Source: Octopus bimaculoides
Lineage: Eukaryota
Assembly (NCBI RefSeq): GCF_001194135.2
Contig: NC_068988.1
Location: forward strand, 30,167,155-30,231,154
Reading direction: 5' to 3'
Length of the DNA stretch: 64,000 nucleotides
Shown here: piece by piece, positions 1-11,265 of the stretch
Layout: the number at the start of each line of letters is the position of its first letter
How positions within the stretch are numbered: the first letter of the stretch is position 1
Position numbers and translations under genes: made by a program
Notes under the pieces: generated by a model
The model's database searches: none
Seen by the model: the letters and a program-made list of their open reading frames with translations, nothing else
What the model was told of the DNA's origin: nothing

Positions 1-793
1 ATGCTTCACCTGGAAAAGGGTTCCACCTGCGGCCTTTTACCAACCACTGCTACCTTGAGCTGGTTTCACCTGCCATGTCTAAATCCTTGGTGACTTTCTT
101 TGGTTGTTTTGGTTCCTGACCAATCTTAAGACATGGTGCACCAATTTCGCCGGAAAGCCTTTGACAAGAGTCTCATCAACTGTTGTAAAGCAGTCTTTTG
201 CCATTTTTGTATCTGTCTTTTGACTATGGTTGTTGCTATGACAGATTTTGTTATATTCCAAAGTCATCAATAGAATGGTTCTATCTGGCACTGTACGACC
301 TCTAGTCATACAGTGTTATTATCCTCAAAGGGTTGGATCGTTATAACGTCCACTCAGTATTACAGTGTAATTATTATATCAGTACAGACACAACTATCAA
401 CGCAGTCTACACATACTCTTGACCTTTCCTCGACTGGCTACTGGTCTATTTATAATGGCTGGCAACTACCACTTTTTATCGGGAGGAGTGTACAGTTTCA
501 CTACAGCATAAACCAAGTCCAATATTTGATTCTTTGCATTTGTTAAGAAAGTAGGGTATAGTTCCTTCCATTTGAAAGTACTTGAGGCTCTTTGGGTTTC
601 ATTCAATAATTTCAAACGAGCATCCCATCCATGCTTTAAAAAAGACAATTTAGTAAATTAAATCAGCTGGTGTTTGGGACATAAATTAGCATAAAATTTT
701 GATGAAAAGTTTTAATTTAGGTCACTTTAAGTCATGCAGTTTATATTATAGAACCCAGTGTGATGTCGGGTGTGTTAGCATCAAAAGAGTTAA
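1..793 (+). mobile_element. Degenerate piggyBac-like transposon, 3' part (frameshifted transposase C-terminus plus TTAA-ending terminus)
   Basis: Broken + strand peptides TWCTNFAGKP, GTVRPLVIQCY, KGLDRYN, YYISTDTTINAVYTY and LILCIC..SSFH resemble piggyBac motifs (GT+R.NR.G.P; KP.VI..YN..MGGVD; INA+.LY; Cys-rich tail) in the right order. Ends ...catcaaaagag-TTAA (790-793), matching the MITE end at 9231. Confidence 0.55.
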
Positions 794-930
794 TTAACTG
801 TCATATGTAATATTCTAAAGCTTGTTAGCATATAAGTGTGTAGTGATGCATATAACTGCATATCTTTCAAAATGTCAGGCCGACCTATGTTGGCCTTAAT
901 GATATTTTCAATATATCTAAGCCTTAAGAC

Positions 931-1139
931 GGCAAGCTGGCAGAATCGTTAGCACGCTGGATGAAATGCTTAGCGGTATTTCATCTGTCACTACATTCTG
1001 AGTTCAAATTCCGCCGAGGTCGACTTTGCCTTTCATCCTTTCAGGGTCAATATATTAACTACCAGTTGCATACTGGGGTCGATCTAATCGACTGGTCTCC
1101 TCCCCAAAAATTTCAGGCCTTGTGCCTAGAGTAGAAAAG
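931..1139 (+). mobile_element. tRNA-derived SINE, family A (gagctggcagaatcgttagc...gagttcaaattcc...)
   Basis: A/B-box-like head. Further copies near 11790-11910, 14955-15165, 19305-19520, 34972-35160, 44805-44990, 56390-56535 (+) and 31425-31625 (-). Confidence 0.8.
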
Positions 1140-1194
1140 AATATATCTAAACCTTTTCACATGATTCTTGTTATATCCCAAAACTTCTGTGCTG

Positions 1195-1335
1195 GCATAA
1201 GTGTGTGGTAAGAAGCTTGCTTCCCGACCACATGGTTCTGGGTTCAATCCCACTGCATCGCATCTTTGGCAAGTGTTTCCTACTATAGCCTCAGACCAGC
1301 CAAGCCTTGTGAGTGGATTTGGCAGATGGAAACTG

Positions 1336-1375
<40 letters not shown>

Positions 1376-1445
1376 TTTGTACCTGTGTTAGTCTACAACC
1401 CCACTGCTTGATAACCAGTGCTGGTTTGTCACTACTTCAACATGG
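1195..1445 (+). mobile_element. tRNA-derived SINE, family B (gtgtggtaagaagcttgcttcccaaccacatggttc...), degenerate copy
   Basis: Shares head and body with many copies in the window; internal (GT)n. Confidence 0.7.
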
Positions 1446-2299
1446 CTGTTCCATACAAACCAGCATTACTACCATTTTTTAAACCCCAAGAGAATGTCTC
1501 TTCTAGCAGGTTATCAATACAATCTGCACCCTACTTGCAATATTTATCAAATGCAAGGACAGTAGTTGGACAGGCTTGTATAGCATGCTACATACTATCA
1601 TGCAATTGTTCAAGTTCAAAATAAACATAGCTTCTTTCTGAGAAAAAGCAACTCATTCTTTCTTGCTGTATTTTTCGTGGACATATATATATGTGTGTGT
1701 GTGTTTGTATATGCGTAGATGATTGTAAACGTGTGTGTGTGTGTGTGTGTTTGTATATGTGTAGGTGATTGTATACATGTATATGTGTGTGTGAATGTAT
1801 ATATAGATTGAGAACATCAGATAAAATACCTTGTGGTATTTGTTCTGATGCTTTACAGTCTGAGTTCAAATCCTGCCAAGTTCAACTTTGTCTTTTATCA
1901 TCGGAGCAATTAAATTGGTAAAGCCGTTGGAGCATCAGACAAAAGACATTGCTGTATTTAGCTATAGCTCTTTAGATTCTGTGTTCAAATCCTGCTGAGG
2001 TTAAATAAAGTACCAATAAAATAAAATACTGATAAAATAAAGTACCAATCAAGTACCTAATGGCTGAATTATTCAACTCTTCCTTCCACCCACAATAAAT
2101 ATTTTGTGGTCTTCTGCTTGGGGTAGAAAAGTCACCATTTTTATTTTTAATTGCATCTCTTGACCTTAATTTGTCCTATGGCACTGGGAGTGTCTTGACA
2201 AACGATTGCATCAAACATGTAGATTATGAATTAAGATTATTTCAAAAATAGCCAAAAGGACACAAATTTTGGTGGGGAAGAAGGATTAGTCAATTCGTG

Positions 2300-2660
2300 G
2301 CACTCCATCAGTTATGACAACAAGGGTCCCAGCTCATGAAATTAACATGCAAGTGGCTGAGTACTCCACAGACATGTGTACCCTTAACGTAGTTCTCGGG
2401 GAGATTCAGTGTGACACAGAGTGTGACAAGGCTGGCCTTTCGAAATACAGGTAACAACAGAAACCGGAAGAAAGAGTGAAAGAAAGTTGTGGTGGAAGAG
2501 TACAGCAGGGTTTGCCACCATCTCCCTGCTGGAACCTCGTGGAGCTTTAGGTGTTTTCACTCAATAAACACTCACACCGCCCGGTCTGGGAATCAAAACC
2601 GCGATCCCACGATTGCAAGTCCACTGCCCTAACCACTGGGCCATTGCGCCTCCACATTAG
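2300..2660 (-). mobile_element. tRNA-derived SINE, family D
   Basis: Reverse-strand head ggaggcgcaatggcccagtggttagggcagt...gattcccagacc. Homologous copies at 4120-4436, 24012-24360, 26705-27030, 49830-50390 (+) and 46380-46585 (-). Confidence 0.75.
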
Positions 2661-3721
2661 TCAATTGAATATCTCCCATTACATGACTGGTACTTGATTT
2701 TATCAAACCCCAGGAGGATAAAAACCTAGTAATAAGGGTTTAATTACTGTGATTACAATTCTATTATTTTTTGATATATTGTGATAATTATTGTTAGTTT
2801 ATTTGTTGCTTTTATGGGTTTTTTTTGTTATATTGTTGTCTTAATATTATTATTAAGACAACATATATATAATATTAAGACAATATAGTCTCAATATTAT
2901 TAGTATTCTTGTCACAGTCAAATAATGTTCTAATTATTATTATTATTACTATAAATAACAATAATAGTTAGCTCTAGTATTACTTTTATTATAAAATTGG
3001 TAGGTAATTTATTAGTTCAGTCACAACATAAATTTTGTAATTTAATATGTTGTTGTTATAGAAAAATCTTAACGAACTTCTTGAATTCTTGTTCCTACTT
3101 GGATAATTGAGAGAGGTTTTTTTTTTAAATTTTCTTTGCTCTTCTTGTTTAATACTTTACAACACAATTGAAATATTTTCATTGTCATTAATATTTACAT
3201 TATAGTTTTATTTTTTTCTATTTTTGTAACAATGTAGCCTAATATATTTTAGCATTTTGATCTATGTGTTTATGTGTATATGTGTATAAAATGCAGTGTG
3301 CATACAAATATTTGTATGCACACATCATTCCATACACCATATCTAATGGCTTATAGGACACAATTTTTTTTTTTTTTTTTTTTTTTGTCAAATAAAAGTT
3401 TCAAAAATCACTCTGGATCGTATTATGCAATGTTAGGCCTTCCATAAGCTTTAGCAAACTAAAAATATTATTCTTAGATATGCACTGCCAAATTTGGAGT
3501 GCATCTAATAGCGCCCGTGTGTCTTTTATGCCATGAAATTAACTATGGTTGCATACCAAATGTATAAACTGAAGTCACTATTTAAATTTTTAGACTTTGG
3601 TTATTCTAAAAAATTACTATTTTTAGATCTCACAACGAGAGATATTCAGCAACAGTACTTTGTGGTAAAGATTGTTTGCCAACATAACATGGCAGTCCTG
3701 GTTTAGGACGAATGTTGCTGT

Positions 3722-3934
3722 AATTTAACCCCAGGAGACATCGTCTCCAGCTGGCTATACGACACGATCTGTGTCCTTATATTTTCGAACAAGGGCATCT
3801 AGCACCCCCACTCAGCTCAAAACATAGATATTGTTTTAAGCTGAGTGGGGGTGCTAGATGCCCTTGTTCGAAAATATAAGGACACAGATTGTGTTGTATA
3901 GCCAGCTGGTAACAATATCTCCTGGGGTTAAATT
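3722..3934. repeat. Fold-back element: 103-bp inverted arms with a 7-nt loop
   Basis: 3722-3824 pairs with 3832-3934 with few mismatches (loop tagatat). A single arm recurs at about 11925-11990 and a fragment near 48408. Confidence 0.9.
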
Positions 3935-4939
3935 TAGTTATTCTGTCAAGGAATTGGTTCATTTAGATTCCCTGTACTCTCACAGATCTCATTTTTTCTT
4001 CCTAAAGTATTTCTCTTACCACCAGAAATACAATCAGCAATCTAATTCACCCAGTGTAATTTGCATAATTATAAATCAAAATGAGCTCAGAGAAATACTT
4101 TATTTGATGGTATACAAGATGCATCTGGAGGTGCTTGGTTAGGTTACTGCACTCATGGTTACTAGATCATCATGGGTTCAATTCCCAAGAGTTTTCAAGA
4201 ACACAGTGCACCACCTGGTTGGATGGAGTGTTGTGTTCTTGAGCAAAACATTTCATTTCGTATTTCTCCAGTCTGCTCAGCTGTAAACGGGTCACTCTTT
4301 GATGGAATAACTTTCCAGTTGGAGGGAATGTTAGCCTGCTCACATATCCAGCAGGGTGGTGGTCATTTAAAAGCTAAATCAATGCAAAGCACACTGTGAC
4401 CAGCGATGTATAACAACATCTGATAGTCTGGTTCCTACTGTGATATAAGGTGCACTGTTTTTTCAAAAAATGTCCTGCAAAAATCACTCTAGGTCCTGTC
4501 TATGCAAATCTGGATCTCCCATGTGCTTTAAGGCACTGCAAACTTCCTTCCTGAATACGTGTTACTGAAATTGGGTTATGTCCAATATAATCATGCATCT
4601 TTTATGCCATCAAATATGGTTACTACAATGAGCCAATGGCATGAATTTGCATAAATAAGCTGACAGTTGATGTATTGGATGCTGTCCCCCCCCCACTAAA
4701 AAAAAGAAAAGAAAAGAAGCAATTATTAGAAATTTCCTTGCACAAAAGAAAACCAACACTAAAAAGTCGTTAGTGACCAGGAGATAACTTCTAGAACTGA
4801 AATCTCTCAAAGCTAATTTACATGCTTAGAAGAAAATCAGATTTTTGTCTACAGGCAGGAGATAACTCTGAATACGTTTCAGTCTGTTAGACCTCATCAG
4901 CATATATGCAATTATATGTGTATGTATGCATATACACGT

Positions 4940-5057
4940 GCCAAATCAGATTGGAGCCTGGTGTAGCCATCTGGTTTCACCAGTCCTCAGTCAAATTGTC
5001 CAACCCATGCTAGCATGGAAAGCGGACGTTAAACAATGATGATGATGATGATGATGA

Positions 5058-5058
<1 letters not shown>
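4940..5058 (+). mobile_element. RTE-type LINE 3' tail / derived SINE (family C) ending in (GAT)n
   Basis: tgccaaatcagattggagcc...gcatggaaagcggacgttaaac-(gat)n. Same tail at 21535-21950, 38630-38910, 42290-42465, 43450-43630, 44250-44420, 46810-47005 and 47420-47590. Confidence 0.75.
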
Positions 5059-5145
<87 letters not shown>

Positions 5146-5163
5146 ATAGATAGATAGATATAC
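5036..5163. repeat. Compound microsatellite (GAT)n(AT)n(GT)n(ATGT)n(ATAG)n
   Basis: Read directly; one of dozens of simple repeats in the window. Confidence 0.95.
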
Positions 5164-6141
5164 TACACATAGACACATAAACAAGTTTTTCTAGGAGACT
5201 ACATTGTTCTTTTGATTTTGTAAAATTAATTCATTATTATTTATTATCATATTGTATTAATTATTTTGGAGAAAGTCTCGACATACTGTCCTTCATCTGA
5301 GCCAAGTCATTCTGCTAGCCATTTGTGTGTGTCTCACCAGTTTTTCCTTTAGTTAGTCAACAACGTTTGCCTTAATTTCCTCTCAATCTGCAATTATAAT
5401 AGTTGTTGTATGCATAGCACACCCTGCTGTGAGTTCTTTTGGTGTGAACACATTCACTTTTCCAACAGCCCCTTTTTTTTTATATGTTTCTTTGCAATTT
5501 GCTTTTTCAGTAGTTTTTCTCCTCCATTCCATATTTTGCTATGTAACTTCTGATTCATTTTTCTGTTTTGTTTTAATTATTTGCCTCTATTTTCGCCTTT
5601 CTTCCTCCTGTAGTTTGCTCTTTTGTTCTACTTTAGTTTGCCACCCGACATCCTACTATTGTTTGCTTTAATTTTGATCCAGTTATTTTGGGGTTGTTTT
5701 TTTTTTGGTTTTTTACATTGTTTTGTTATTGTTTCTTCTCATAGTTAGCTTCTTTTTTTTTTTGGCCTCATAGACATTTCTGAATGCACATTATTACCTT
5801 AACAGAAAATAAAAAAGAAACAATGGAAAAAAAATAATAAAAAGAATTACTTTCTTTATTATTAATTGGTCAAAAGAAACAAAAAAAGAAAACAGAAAAC
5901 TTTATAAATTTAAATTTTCTGAGCCAAAATTCTTTTGATTAAATATTTTTATTTATTTTCATTTTTTTTTTTTTTTTTCGTTCTTCCTAGCATGAACAAA
6001 AATGAAAAAAAAATAATAGATAAATAAAAATATATAATAATAGTTATTATTANNNNNNNNNNAAAAAAAAAAAAATTCAAAATTATGGAATTTTATCTAC
6101 ATTATACTTTACAGTTGTAATTTCTTCCTGACGATCATAAT

Positions 6142-6184
<43 letters not shown>

Positions 6185-6849
6185 TTACTAGTGCATCGTT
6201 GCTGATGATGTTGTTGCTGATGTTATTAATTTCTCTTGTTTTTCTGCATGTCTGTAAAATTCACCAAGTTGTTTCTACTAAATAGCATTAGTAGTTGTTG
6301 TTCGTATCAGTAGTACTAGCTTCCGAAATAAGATTCTCATTACAAAACAAAAGTGTTTTGAAAAAAAAAACAAAAAAAAAACAGTTCAACTTCAAAAGAA
6401 TTTGGTGCATCTGTCTATGCATGTTGCACCGAGTGACTGACAGGATGCATGTGTGCATTTTGGCATGAAGCAAGTGTTGTTTTCAGTTGAGATTCTTTCA
6501 GTTTCTCTGAGTGCATGCATGTTTGTGTATGTATGTATGTATGTGTTTGTGTATATAATAACAAAACTATTCAGTACTAAAGTCACCTAAGGGGCCTTCA
6601 TGAAGAAGGGGACAAGAACCTTGGCATAGAATTTATGCATTTTTAATATTTTATGCATGTATGTTTTATTTATTGTATTTTTACTAATATATATTGTTTA
6701 TTCATATTACTTCATGTTTAATATATGTGTATATATATATATATACATATATGTGTATCAGTACAAATCTCTGTGTATATGCATGTCATGTGTGTGTCTC
6801 TGTGCAGTTAAATGTTTTATCTGTGTGTGTGTGTGTGTGTGCATGACAA

Positions 6850-7025
6850 ATGCAAATAATTAACAAATGGAGAAAACCACAGACTAACCAACACAACAGC
6901 CGTAAGATATGTTACGCCACCTATTTTGTTAACGTCATGCTTTGTATTAATAAGTAAGCTATAAATGTGGTTCAATCTATGTGTTGGTTAATCTGTGGTT
7001 TTCTCCATTTTCTAATTATTTACAT
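6850..7025. mobile_element. Short MITE with about 45-bp terminal inverted repeats
   Basis: aaataattaacaaatggagaaaaccacagactaaccaacac / gtgttggttaatctgtggttttctccattttctaattattt. The same terminus appears at about 18420-18450 and 21953-22070. Confidence 0.75.
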
Positions 7026-7184
7026 TGGTTCTTGATAAACTCTTGTTTATACTGTTGTTATCTGCACTCTATGTGTATGGTGTGCCTGCACACCAATGCC
7101 TGGCATAATACAGATAACGGATACCAAAAGTATATACAGATAGTTTATCCCTTAGTTGGTTACTATAACCACTAACCCTGTTTA

Positions 7185-7226
<42 letters not shown>

Positions 7227-7872
7227 CCAATGTATCATATATCCGAATAAGAAGCACGCTTTAAAGTATAGAGCAGTAAAGTATTAAAGCAGTAAAGTTA
7301 AAATCTGGTCATAGAGTAACCAATAGTTTCCCATCCACAAAAGCCACAGCTTTGTGGACAGCTCATCAGTCTCCATACAAAGACAAATTTAACTCTTCAC
7401 CTCTTGGAGATGGAAAGTTGTATGTGAGTGTGTGTATGTACACGCACACAGACACACATGCATTCTCATCGAAAATGGAGGTGAGTACCAACATTCCCAT
7501 GTGGTACACTTGAACAATTGTAAAGAAACCTTTTACCTGAAACCATCGGTTGCCTTATTAACCAGCAAATGAAGAATATTTATATACCAATACTGAGTTG
7601 AACACTTATTCTTACTGTTTCACATTAGCGTACATCTGTGTGTGTGTGTGTGTGTGTGCATGCATATATCTTGTATGTGTTTCCATGTAGTTATGTGCTA
7701 TACATGTATGTGTGTGTGTGTGTGTGTGTTTGTAGAAATTATTTTTAAACTAATGAGACAGAACTAAGGAAATTCCTTTGACTAATCACCTCTTGCAAGA
7801 TCAACTTTCTTATTACCATCATACAATTATCGTCATATGTAAAAAATTAAGTAAAAATTTAGTAAAATAATT

Positions 7873-8466
7873 GGATCTTTTTTAAAATGGGAGCCACATT
7901 TTTCATTAATGTTTTACGTAGTGTTTTTGGTACCGAAAGACTTTCAAACTTCGCATACTTATCTATTTTGTGTTATAGAACAGAAAAATATTTTTGTATT
8001 CGAATTTATTTCATGTAAAAAAATTGTCTTATTTCGATAATTTCAACCAATCACTGACAAGTATTCAGTTGTTTAGATTTACTCCTTTGGCTGATTAAGC
8101 GATGTAAAGCGTATTTAATCTCCATACCTTCGTTTTATTTGCTTTTTTCATTTTAAATTTGCTTTAACCCTAACCCTAACCCTAGGGTTAGGGTTAGGGT
8201 TAGAGTTAGGGTTAGGGTTAGGGTTAATTGTTTCAGAATCGTTTGTTTATGTAGTCGGCACTTAATGTATATGGGCTGAATGGACGTCAGTGATTGGTTG
8301 AAATTACAGAAATACGACAACTTTAACATGGAATAATTTATGGATTTCTTTTTTTTTTTAAGAAGACTAAGAGAAAAAGATGTTTTATATGACACATTCT
8401 ACCAGTGTTCCAAGTTTCAAAGTGTTTCGTTAATGAAAAATGTGGCCCCCGTTTTAAAAAAGATCC
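7873..8466. mobile_element. Merlin-like MITE (GG...CC ends, 8-bp TSD) carrying inverted telomeric repeats
   Basis: 37-bp TIR ggatcttttttaaaatgggagccacatttttcattaa; exact TSD aaataatt at 7865-7872 and 8467-8474; second copy at 61562-62267. Superfamily inferred from GG termini plus 8-bp TSD. Confidence 0.8.
8165..8226. repeat. Inverted interstitial telomeric-type repeat (TAACCC)3-TA-(GGGTTA)7
   Basis: Read directly; 8165-8202 is a perfect 38-bp palindrome; one unit is the variant GAGTTA. Confidence 0.95.
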
Positions 8467-8546
8467 AAATAATTGTCATAATTAAGTTAGTGTTTGGAAT
8501 ATAAACTAACATGAAATTTTGATGGAAGATTTTAATATAGATCATT

Positions 8547-9231
8547 TTAATCCTTTTAATACCATATTTGAAATAACTAGTTTTTGTTTTAATTAATTTG
8601 TGAAATTAATTTAGTAAAATAATTGTCATTATTAAGTTAATATTTGGAGCATAAATTAACAATTTTGACGGTAGCTTTTAATTGAAAGTGAGATTGTTTC
8701 TGGCAAAGATGGAGTCTGTTCTTCTGTACGAGGCTGAAACATGGACGCTCACTAAAGCACTGAAGAAGTAGTTGGACGGTTGTTATATGAGGATACTTAG
8801 AATGGCATTCAATGTCTCCTGGAAGAGTCATACAAGAAATGCTGACACTTATACCAGGGACTACCAAAAGTAACACTGAAGATACAGCATAGAAGGATGA
8901 GGCTAGCTGGATGCTGCATCAGACACACCGATGAAATTGCTAACAGGCTAGTGCTCTGGCAACCAACAGAAGGAAGAACCAAATGAGGAAGGAGGAAGAT
9001 GACCAATATCGACAACTTGCTGGAGGATACTGGTATGGAAGGGGTACAGGAGCTGAGGACCATTATGGAAGATTGAGATGAATGGGGAAAACATGTGGAA
9101 ACAGTTTTGGGGCGTCCTATGGGACGACCTAGATGAGAGATGAGAGCTTTTAATTTAAATCGCTTTAAAACCGGAAGTTTGTTTCATAGAACCAGGAGTG
9201 GTCTTAGACAAGTTGGTATCAAAGAGGTTAA
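8547..9231. mobile_element. piggyBac-like MITE (TTAA-flanked), interrupted by a LINE
   Basis: TTAA at 8547-8550 and 9228-9231; imperfect TIR ttaatccttttaatacca / tggtatcaaagaggttaa (14/18); internal sequence matches 645-793. Confidence 0.65.
8684..9144 (+). mobile_element. 5'-truncated RTE-like LINE (ORF2 C-terminus) with 11-bp TSD
   Basis: Translates KVRLFLAKMESVLLYEAETWTLTK*..LDGCYMRILRMAFNV..RRMRLAGCCIRH..LVLWQP..GRPR*; gatga-type tail; TSD agcttttaatt at 8673-8683 and 9145-9155. Confidence 0.85.
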
Positions 9232-9677
9232 TATCTATGTTATAAAGTATTGCAACAGTGCCTCACTAGAGCTTCTGGGCAACGTGAATATATAAGCATC
9301 ACATTTGAGAGAAGAATCTGAATGTTAAAGGATTAAATAGGTTTTAGACTAGGAGTATCATGATAATCTAGGTAGGCCATGTTGAGCAGTGATTATGTGG
9401 GTGAGTTGTGTGTGTGCCATGATATGTCGCAAGGGACTTCAATATTGTGTTGACGTTGTTGTTATTTTTGTTTGTCCTTTAAATTTTAGTTTTGTTTTGT
9501 GTTGTTTTTCTTTATTTAAACAAATTACTGACAATCAGTGAATGTTTTGTTGCATGTTTTTTGACTGTGTGTTTATGATAATGTTTTTGTTTGTTTTTTG
9601 TTTGTTTGTTTTTTTGCATTTTTTTGGTTTGCATCATCCATCATAGTGTAGCTTGCATCTCTTTTGACTTTGCACAG

Positions 9678-10295
9678 ATGGCAGTAGGCCGGAGCCTTTC
9701 TCTATGGAGTCTGAAAAAAATCACATTGTTGAAAACTCTCACTTTATTATCAATTTAGTCAATGGTGCTAATGTGGTCGAAGGAAAGCTCGGCAACGGTG
9801 TAACAATGAATGGAAAAGGTCAGTATGTACGTATCAATGGTAATATGAAGGATTGTATTTACAATCTCAACCATTGTAAGACTGGATTAACGCTTGGTCT
9901 ATGGCTAAAACCATTTGATCTTAACGGCAAGAAATATTATATTTCAAGTCCAGCTTACTCGCTGTATTCGAAGGATAATATCCTCTATGCTAAGTTCCAA
10001 AATGCAACCCATTCTTGGGAAATGTCCACCCCTAAGTTTAAGGGAAACGTCTGGCAACAGGTGGTTATGAGTTGGGATCCAGCAAGGGGTTCCAAGTTGT
10101 ATATAAACCATGAGAAGGTTGCACAAACGACAACTTCAAAACCTTTCATGCAAGGTGATACACCTGCTGAAGGTATATACATCGGTACCAGTGGAAATAA
10201 TGTTGGACGGTTCACACCTGATTTTGATGTTGATGAAGTGCAATACTACAGAACAAGCGTCAATGGAATCCTTGATGGATTTGGACCATTTTATG
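9678..10295 (+). CDS. Neurexin-like gene exon A: pentraxin/ConA-like LamG domain 1 (phase 1-1)
   Basis: cag|AT GGC...TAT G|gtaagt; [55 protein letters not shown]. Confidence 0.9.
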
Positions 10296-10958
10296 GTAAG
10301 TAAATCAATTTAGTTCTAATATATTGTTTATTTATTTCTTGTTTTCTTTTTTTTTTTATTTTTAGCATTTTTTTTTTTTACATTGGTGGAATGTTGGTGA
10401 AGGGAAAATATCAGTTTGTCCATCAACCATGAAACTATAAGGACATCACTGATGAGATACTTTTAAGGGTTTTTTAAACCTTGATTCTTCCAAATGTATG
10501 GTACTTAAATGAGGTCCTTTAACCCTGAAACCATTCAAGCAAGAACAATCATGACGCTTTCCATCTTGAGCAACAAGTTAACCATTACTTTGGTAATAAC
10601 ACTCAATGGTATTATTCCATGAAGAATATGGCTGATAAAATTTCTTAAATATTCCCTGAGATCTTTTATCTTTTACTTGTTTCATCCATTGGACTGTGGT
10701 CATGCTGGAGCGCTGCCTCAAAAGGTTAAATTGGATTAACCACACCTAGTACTTATTTTTCAGTCTAGTATTTATTCTAGTAGTCTCTTTTGGCAAACTG
10801 CTAAGTAATGGGAACATAAACAAACCAACACCGCTTATCAAATGGTGGTAGGAGACAAACACAAAGACACATACACATATACATGTGTGTACATGTATGT
10901 GTATATATATGTGTGTGTGTATATATACATATATATACACACACACACACACATACAC

Positions 10959-11033
<75 letters not shown>

Positions 11034-11234
11034 TTGTGTTTGTCCCCCCGCCATAGCTTGACAACTGGTGTTGGTGAGTTTATGTCCCCATAACTTAGTG
11101 GGTCGACAAAAAAGTTCGATAGAATATGTACTGGGCTTACAAAGAATAAGTCCTGGGGTCAATTTCTTCAACTAAAAGTGGTGCTCCAGCATGGCCGCAA
11201 TCAAATGGCTGAAACAAGAAAAAGGAAAAAAAGA

Positions 11235-11265
<31 letters not shown>

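Noticed and set aside
7452-7480. Small upstream exon of the neurexin-like gene (GAAAATGGAG|gtgagt)
   Set aside because: Good donor but no polypyrimidine acceptor and no signal-peptide-like sequence; flanked by CA repeats.
8165-8226. Ancient chromosome end-to-end fusion site
   Set aside because: Orientation is CCCTAA then TTAGGG (the opposite of a head-to-head fusion), the tract is only 62 bp, and it lies inside a TSD-flanked MITE.
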